Virus record (IMG/VR): IMGVR_UViG_3300032050_000002
Source: a virus
Taxonomy: Duplodnaviria; Caudoviricetes
Direction: 5' to 3' (one strand)
DNA: 64,000 nucleotides
In this document: one piece after another, positions 58,223-64,000 of the stretch
Position numbering within the stretch: position 1 is the stretch's first letter
How the letters are laid out: each line of letters opens with the position of its first letter
Position numbers and translations under genes: made by a program
Notes under the pieces: model-generated
Told to the model about the DNA's origin: nothing
What the model saw: only the letters and a program-made list of their open reading frames with translations
Database searches by the model: none

Positions 58223-59071
58223 ATGGCGACAAACAATTCACTCGACGCGGTACTGGCGCAGTACGAAAATTCAAAACAGGGGTCATCATCCACCTCTAAA
58301 ATGTCTCAAGACGAAAGGATGAAAAAATACTTCGCGGCAATCCTTAAAGACAACGAAAAACAAGGACAAAAACGATTAAGAATTCTACCAACAAAAGACG
58401 GCTCTTCACCATTCAAAGAAGTTTGGTTTCACGAAGTTCAGGTAGATGGTAAATGGCAAAAATTCTACGACCCAGGTAAAAATGACAACGAACGTTCTCC
58501 TTTAACTGAGGTTTATGAAGAATTAATGGCAACAGGAAAAGAGTCTGATAAGAAGTTGGCAACACAATACAAACCACGTAAGTTTTATATTGTTAAAGTT
58601 GTTGATAGAGATAACGAATCTGATGGAGTTAAATTCTGGAGATTCAAACACAACTATAAAAATGAAGGAATCTTAGATAAAATTATTCCAATTTGGAGAG
58701 CAAAAGGAGACATCACAGACCCTGAAAAAGGTAGAGATATTATTCTTGAGTTAACCAAAGCAAAAACACCAAACGGAGCGGTATATACAGTAATTCAAAC
58801 AATTATGTATGATGACCCGGCACCGATTCACGAAAAGAAAGAAACAGGCGATTCTTGGGTTAATGACGAATTAACTTGGGAAGATGTATACTCTAAAAAA
58901 CCTGAAGAATATCTTGAGGCAATTGCAAGAGGAGAGACTCCACGTTGGGATTCAGATGCGGGTAAATACGTTTATGGAAATTCTGACGAACAAACAATTG
59001 ATATGGGTAGTAAAAAATCTACAAAAGACCCACAGGCTGACGCAGAACCTGATGAAGATATGCCATTTTAA
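58223..59071 (+). CDS. Single-stranded DNA-binding protein (T4 gp32-like)
   Basis: KRLRILP, EVWFHEV, FYIVKVVDR, GRDIIL and acidic tail DEDMPF. Confidence 0.8.
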   Translation: MATNNSLDAVLAQYENSKQGSSSTSKMSQDERMKKYFAAILKDNEKQGQKRLRILPTKDGSSPFKEVWFHEVQVDGKWQKFYDPGKNDNERSPLTEVYEELMATGKESDKKLATQYKPRKFYIVKVVDRDNESDGVKFWRFKHNYKNEGILDKIIPIWRAKGDITDPEKGRDIILELTKAKTPNGAVYTVIQTIMYDDPAPIHEKKETGDSWVNDELTWEDVYSKKPEEYLEAIARGETPRWDSDAGKYVYGNSDEQTIDMGSKKSTKDPQADAEPDEDMPF

Positions 59072-59086
59072 AATTTATTAATCATT

Positions 59087-59110
59087 GCGTGGACAAATCG
59101 TCCACGCTTT
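59087..59110 (+). terminator. GC-rich hairpin after ssb (weak terminator or mRNA stabiliser)
   Basis: GCGTGGAC-AAATC-GTCCACGC followed by TTT. Confidence 0.6.
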
Positions 59111-59124
59111 ATTACATTTAACTT

Positions 59125-59358
59125 ATGAAAGCGACGAATAACGAAAACAAAATTACAGAAAAAATGTATAAGGCTTTATGTGCCAAATACGAATCACAAG
59201 CTTTAGAGGCTGAGGCATCACTACTTGTTTATTTTACTTCACCTGTTGGAATTGGAGAACATCCACAACATATTGAAGAAATGGATAAACTTGTTGAAAA
59301 GATTGCAAACGCAAAAGACAAATTAGAAACAATTAAAGAATTCTATAAATACGAATAA
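59125..59358 (+). CDS. Small helical hypothetical protein
   Basis: 77 aa with SPVGIGEHP motif. Confidence 0.75.
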   Translation: MKATNNENKITEKMYKALCAKYESQALEAEASLLVYFTSPVGIGEHPQHIEEMDKLVEKIANAKDKLETIKEFYKYE

Positions 59359-59360
59359 TT

Positions 59361-60350
59361 ATGGCGATTAAGAAAAAAGAAATAACTTTAGATTCCATAA
59401 AATCTAAGTTCTCCACAAAAACTAAATATAAACCAGAGAGTTATTATAGTTGTGGAGATGCTTTTATGGGAGCTTGTGGGTTACCAGGTCCTATTATGGG
59501 AGGTATTAATATGTTCTTAGGGCACTCTAATAGTAGTAAAACAACCGCCATGATTTTGGCAGGAGTTGACGCTCAAAAGAAAGGACATCTACCCGTATTC
59601 ATAATTACTGAAAAGAAATGGAGTTGGTCTCATGCGGTTGAACTTGGATTAAAAGCAGAACAAAATGAACAAGGGGAGTGGGACGGTGATTTTATTTTTA
59701 ATGATAGTTTTGATTATATTGAACAAGCAACTGATTTTATAAATGAAGTTTTAGATGCTCAAGAAAAAGGAGAATTACCATATAGTTTATTATTCTTATG
59801 GGATTCTGTTGGGTCAATCCCATGTAAAATGACCTTTGAAGGTAAAGGTGGAAAAATGCACAACGCATCTGCTTTAGCGGATAGAATAGGAATGGGAGTA
59901 CATTCAAGAATATCTAAATCAAAAAAAGAAGATTATCCTTATTATAATACTATGGTAGTAGTTAATCAACCTTGGGTTGATTTACCTGACAATCCATTTG
60001 GACAACCTGAGATTAAGGCGAAAGGTGGAGAGGCATTGTGGTTGGCATCTTCTTTAGTTTTTCTATTTGGAAATCAAAAGAAAGCAGGTATTAATCATAT
60101 TACCGCAACTAAAAATGGTAGAACTGTTAGATATGCTATTAGAACCAAAATATCGATTATTAAAAATCACGTAAATGGTTTGGGTTATAATGATGGTAAA
60201 ATTATTGCCGTACCACAAGGTTATATTTCCGATACAAAAGAGGCTTTGGAAGAATATAAAAAACAATATTCTAGTTATTGGAATGCTGTTCTTTCAGGTA
60301 CAGGGGAAATTTTATTAGATGAAGAAGTTGTAGATAGTTTGGAAGACTAA
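59361..60350 (+). CDS. recA: RecA/UvsX-like recombinase
   Basis: GHSNSSKTT P-loop, ITEKKW, FLWDSVGS, VVNQPW, KGGEALW and RTKISIIKNH. Confidence 0.8.
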   Translation: MAIKKKEITLDSIKSKFSTKTKYKPESYYSCGDAFMGACGLPGPIMGGINMFLGHSNSSKTTAMILAGVDAQKKGHLPVFIITEKKWSWSHAVELGLKAEQNEQGEWDGDFIFNDSFDYIEQATDFINEVLDAQEKGELPYSLLFLWDSVGSIPCKMTFEGKGGKMHNASALADRIGMGVHSRISKSKKEDYPYYNTMVVVNQPWVDLPDNPFGQPEIKAKGGEALWLASSLVFLFGNQKKAGINHITATKNGRTVRYAIRTKISIIKNHVNGLGYNDGKIIAVPQGYISDTKEALEEYKKQYSSYWNAVLSGTGEILLDEEVVDSLED

Positions 60351-60360
60351 AAAACAAAAA

Positions 60361-61368
60361 GTGATTAAAACATTATTGGTTGACGGAAACAACCTATTTA
60401 AAATAGGACTTCACGGAGTTAAGGATTATTACCATAATGCTAGACATATTGGGGCAATCTGGCACTTCGTGAATACTTTAAGAAAATTTATTGAAGAAAG
60501 TAATTTCGACAAAGTAGTTGTATTTTGGGATGGAAATGAGAATTCAGTTGCTAGAAAAACAATTTACCCTCAGTATAAAGAAAATAGAAGAGAATTAGAC
60601 AACCCATTCAAAGAAGAATCTTCTAATTATCAGAAAGAAAGAATCAAACAATACTTAGAAGAAACATTTGTAAGACAAATCAATGTTGAAAAGAATGAGG
60701 CGGATGATTTGATATCATACTATTGTCAAATTTCAACTAACGAACACAAAACAATATTCTCATCCGACAAAGATTTAACCCAATTAATTTCAGAAAACGT
60801 AACAATATATTCACCTTCAACAAGACAATATTATAAGCATGGTGATAAGATTAGAATATACGATTATGAGTTCCCACACTATAATATAAAGACTTATAAG
60901 ATATTATCGGGAGATAAATCAGATAATATTGACGGAATCTACTATTTGGGGGAAAAAACTTTAGTAAAATTATTTCCTGAGATACTTGAAAAACCAATTT
61001 CTTTTACCGATATTTTAAATAGAGCTGAAGAACTCTTAAAAGAGGACAAAGAGAACAAGGTATTAAAGAATTTACTAACAGGAAAAACAAAAACGGGAAT
61101 ATATGGAGAGGAATTCTTCGAAATCAATCAAAAGATTGTTGACTTATCAAACCCAATTATCACAGAAGAAGGAAAAGAAATCGTTGAACTTTATTATAAT
61201 GAAACATTAGACCCTGAAGGAAGAGGTTATCGAAACTTAATTAAACTTATGATGGAAGATGGTTTTTTTAAGTTCCTACCAAAAGGAGATGACGCATGGG
61301 TTAATTTTATAAAACCATTTTTAAAGTTAACAAGAAAAGAAAAGAAAAAATACCAAACAAATAAATAA
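60361..61368 (+). CDS. 5'-3' exonuclease / RNase H (PolA N-terminal, T4 Rnh-like)
   Basis: LLVDGNNL, VFWDG, YPQYKENR, NEADDLI, SSDKDL.QL, GDKSDNI.GI..LGEKT. Confidence 0.9.
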   Translation: MIKTLLVDGNNLFKIGLHGVKDYYHNARHIGAIWHFVNTLRKFIEESNFDKVVVFWDGNENSVARKTIYPQYKENRRELDNPFKEESSNYQKERIKQYLEETFVRQINVEKNEADDLISYYCQISTNEHKTIFSSDKDLTQLISENVTIYSPSTRQYYKHGDKIRIYDYEFPHYNIKTYKILSGDKSDNIDGIYYLGEKTLVKLFPEILEKPISFTDILNRAEELLKEDKENKVLKNLLTGKTKTGIYGEEFFEINQKIVDLSNPIITEEGKEIVELYYNETLDPEGRGYRNLIKLMMEDGFFKFLPKGDDAWVNFIKPFLKLTRKEKKKYQTNK

Positions 61369-61369
61369 T

Positions 61370-61822
61370 ATGAAAGAGCAACAAGAAAGCACAAAGTTAG
61401 AGTTTGTAATGATGGTTAACAATAACATCATCGTACAAAGATTCTTCAATGTTAGAGATTATAATCCTAACGCAAAAAGTTCACTTGAACTGTATGAGTA
61501 TCTAAAAGATTTAAAGGATGAATTATCCTATGAATTAAAGATGAAGACCGCAGTTTATATGTTGGATAACAGGTATGAGATTGAGAACAATCCTGAAGTT
61601 TTAAACACGTCTTATACTGACGGACCTGAATCATTTAATATCTTTCTTAAAGAAGGAGATAAGACAATTTGTCATAGAAGATTCGACGCAAAAATCTATC
61701 CACCTAAAATAAGATACACCGTAGACATACGTCCGCACATAAAAAGTATTCTTTCGGGTTTAACTGACATTTTTTCATCTGAAAATTTAACTTACAAATA
61801 CCTTGAAGTTAATACAATTTAA
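61370..61822 (+). CDS. Hypothetical protein
   Basis: 150-aa ORF inside the replication operon. Confidence 0.75.
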   Translation: MKEQQESTKLEFVMMVNNNIIVQRFFNVRDYNPNAKSSLELYEYLKDLKDELSYELKMKTAVYMLDNRYEIENNPEVLNTSYTDGPESFNIFLKEGDKTICHRRFDAKIYPPKIRYTVDIRPHIKSILSGLTDIFSSENLTYKYLEVNTI

Positions 61823-61825
61823 GAA

Positions 61826-61832
61826 TATTTAT
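61826..61832 (+). promoter_or_regulatory. TATTTAT motif upstream of dnaB
   Basis: 19 nt upstream of the ATG at 61852. Confidence 0.5.
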
Positions 61833-61851
61833 CAATACAATTATATAACTT

Positions 61852-63231
61852 ATGGCGTCAAACAAAAATTTCGAGTATCTAGGTAGTACTTTCCAACTTC
61901 AACTTCTAAACCAAATTATCGTAGATAAAGATTTTTCAAGGTCAATTATTGATGTCATGGATTCTCAATACTTTGAGAATAAGTATTTCAAATTAATATT
62001 CCAAATGATTAAGGAATATTACGGGAAATACGAACACACCCCTAATTTCGATACTTTAGAACAAATTACTAAGTCTGAATTACAACAAGAATTAGCGTCT
62101 AAAATAGTTTTAGATACGTTAGTTAAAGTTAAGGACGCACCTCACGAAGGAAGTACCTTCGTTCAAGACAAAGCAATGAAATTCTGTAAACAACAAGAAT
62201 TACAGAAAGCAATTACTAAGGCTCAAAAAGTAATCGATGGCGGTGAATTTGAGAACTATGAACAATTAGAAACCTTGGTTAGAGAGGCTTTACAAGTTGG
62301 AGAGAGAGAAGACGGAATGTCTGACGTTTTCTTTAACCTAGATGATGTATTAAATGAAGATTACAGACACCCTATCCCTATGGGAATACCGGGTATTGAT
62401 AGATTATTAAAGGGAGGTTTGGCAAAAGGAGAAATTGGCGTTATCTTAGCACCAACTGGCGTAGGTAAATCAACATTCTTGACTAAAATATCAAATCACG
62501 CGTATAATCTTGGATATAACGTCCTTCAAATCTTTTTTGAGGACAATCCAAAGATTATTCAAAGAAAACATATTACTTTATGGACAAAGGTTCATCCTGA
62601 TGAATTATCCATTAAGAAAGATGAAGTAATGGCAAAGGTTCAAGAAGTTAGAGACTCTATGCCAAACAGATTAATCTTAAAGAAATTACCATCGGACACT
62701 ATGACAATGTTACAAATCAAGAATCAGATTAGAAAAATGATTGCCGATGGTATTAAAATCGATATGGTTTTATTAGATTATATTGATTGTGTTGTTCCTG
62801 ATAAGAACTTAGGTGACGAATGGAAATCAGAAGGTTCGGTTATGAGAGCATTTGAAGCGATGTGTCACGAACTATCAATAGTTGGATGGACGGCAACACA
62901 AGGTAATAGAAGTTCAATTTCATCTGAGGTTGTAACAACAGACCAAATGGGTGGGTCAATTAAAAAGGCTCAAGTTGGTCACGTTATCATATCTGTTGCA
63001 AAAACATTACAACAAAAAGAAATGAAACTTGCAACCATTGCAATTACAAAATCACGTATCGGAGATGATGGTGTGGTTTTTGAGAACTGTAAATTTGACA
63101 ACGGGATGTTAGAGATTGATACTGAAAGTTCGGTAACATTCTTAGGATTAGAAGAACAAAAAGAAGAACAAAATAGACAAAGAGTAAAAGATTTACTTGA
63201 GAAGAGAAAACAAAGACAGCAAAATAATTAA
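61852..63231 (+). CDS. dnaB: Replicative DNA helicase (DnaB/T4 gp41-like)
   Basis: [37 protein letters not shown]. Confidence 0.9.
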   Translation: MASNKNFEYLGSTFQLQLLNQIIVDKDFSRSIIDVMDSQYFENKYFKLIFQMIKEYYGKYEHTPNFDTLEQITKSELQQELASKIVLDTLVKVKDAPHEGSTFVQDKAMKFCKQQELQKAITKAQKVIDGGEFENYEQLETLVREALQVGEREDGMSDVFFNLDDVLNEDYRHPIPMGIPGIDRLLKGGLAKGEIGVILAPTGVGKSTFLTKISNHAYNLGYNVLQIFFEDNPKIIQRKHITLWTKVHPDELSIKKDEVMAKVQEVRDSMPNRLILKKLPSDTMTMLQIKNQIRKMIADGIKIDMVLLDYIDCVVPDKNLGDEWKSEGSVMRAFEAMCHELSIVGWTATQGNRSSISSEVVTTDQMGGSIKKAQVGHVIISVAKTLQQKEMKLATIAITKSRIGDDGVVFENCKFDNGMLEIDTESSVTFLGLEEQKEEQNRQRVKDLLEKRKQRQQNN

Positions 63232-63233
63232 TT

Positions 63234-64000
63234 ATGGAAAAAATATTAAAAGAGAATCCAAACAGGTTTGTTATATTTCCAATCGAATATAATGATATTT
63301 GGGAATACTATAAACAACACCAAGCCGCTTTTTGGACGGCAGAAGAAATTGATTTAACGGGAGATATTCGAGATTGGGAAAACCTTTCAGATAATGAAAG
63401 ATATTTCATCAAAAATATTTTATCGTTTTTCGCCGCGTCAGACGGTATTGTAAATGAAAATCTGGCAGAAAATTTCTACAGAGAAGTTCAATATCCTGAG
63501 GCTAAATTCTTCTATGGATTTCAGTTGATGATGGAGAACATACACTCATTAATGTATTCTTTATTAATTGATACTTATGTCTCTAACCCCAAAGAAAAAG
63601 ATGATTGCTTTAACGCAATCGACAAGTTACCTGCGGTTCAAAAAAAGGCTACGTGGGCTCTTGAATGGATTAAAAACGCATCTTTCCAAGAAAGATTGGT
63701 GGCATTTGCCGCGGTAGAAGGAATATTCTTCTCAGGTTCTTTCTGTTCTGTATTTTGGTTAAAATCAAGAGGAATTATGCAAGGTTTGTGTAACGCAAAC
63801 GCATTAATATTTAAAGATGAAAACTTACATTGTGATTTCGCAATTCATTTGTTAAACAATCACGTTGAAGATAAACCAAGCGAGAAACGAATTAAAGAAA
63901 TTTTATTGTCCGCATTAGAAATTGAAAAGGAATTTATCACCGAATCATTACCGGTATCATTAATAGGTATGAATTCAAATCTAATGAAACAATATTTGGA
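63234..64000 (+). CDS. nrdB: Class Ia ribonucleotide reductase beta subunit, partial (runs off the window end); not in ORF track
   Basis: Own translation [17 protein letters not shown]...FWTAEEIDL...[12 protein letters not shown]...MENIHS.MY...[10 protein letters not shown]...DENLH. Confidence 0.95.
   Translation, partial: MEKILKENPNRFVIFPIEYNDIWEYYKQHQAAFWTAEEIDLTGDIRDWENLSDNERYFIKNILSFFAASDGIVNENLAENFYREVQYPEAKFFYGFQLMMENIHSLMYSLLIDTYVSNPKEKDDCFNAIDKLPAVQKKATWALEWIKNASFQERLVAFAAVEGIFFSGSFCSVFWLKSRGIMQGLCNANALIFKDENLHCDFAIHLLNNHVEDKPSEKRIKEILLSALEIEKEFITESLPVSLIGMNSNLMKQYL

Noticed and set aside
1721-61127. Remaining short ORFs nested in or antisense to long genes
   Set aside because: Stop-poor shadows of biased coding sequence; no independent motifs or start context.
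28004-63231. Inteins or introns in polymerase, SNF2, RecA, DnaB
   Set aside because: Motif spacing and lengths look ordinary; no intein termini or LAGLIDADG blocks recognised.
1-64000. CRISPR array, tRNA or rRNA genes
   Set aside because: No regularly spaced repeat-spacer units and no intergenic space with cloverleaf-like or rRNA-like sequence seen; repeats are coding.
1-64000. Active stop-codon recoding
   Set aside because: Known proteins (polymerase, sheath, DnaB, 2126-aa hub) are full length in code 11, with no fragmentation at TAG or TGA.
1-64000. Eukaryotic giant virus origin (mucin tracts, papain, GT60, SNF2)
   Set aside because: Sheath, tube, neck, baseplate, gp32-like SSB, DnaB, intrinsic terminators and coupled operons identify a tailed bacteriophage.

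Overview
AT-rich (about 30% GC by eye) segment of a large T4-like contractile-tailed (myovirus/jumbo) phage genome, read in the standard code. From left to right: a minus-strand block of small proteins including a stand-alone WYL domain (1-2247); a 25-kb plus-strand cluster of fibre/decoration genes (2299-27908) with Pro-Thr and poly-Thr stalks, Gly-rich and LamG-like domains, a papain-like protease fusion and an embedded four-gene glycosyltransferase cassette led by a GT60-like enzyme; family B DNA polymerase; neck protein, a Mn-type SOD fusion and a SNF2 helicase (minus strand); head-closure and tail-terminator genes, a small RHH gene missed by the ORF track, tail sheath, HAD phosphatase, tail tube, tail chaperone with a probable +1 frameshift, tape measure and baseplate genes; and a replication/recombination operon (SSB, RecA-like, 5'-3' exonuclease, DnaB, NrdB running off the end). 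A TATTTAT motif precedes most structural transcription units, TTGACA-N17-TAT(A/T)(T/A)T promoters precede three DNA-metabolism genes, and genes largely lack Shine-Dalgarno sites (suggesting a Bacteroidota host). Best candidate for an undescribed system: phage-encoded mucin-type O-glycosylation of Thr/Pro-rich virion stalks, including a Thr tract inserted in the sheath. All family assignments are from motif recognition by eye; no searches were run.
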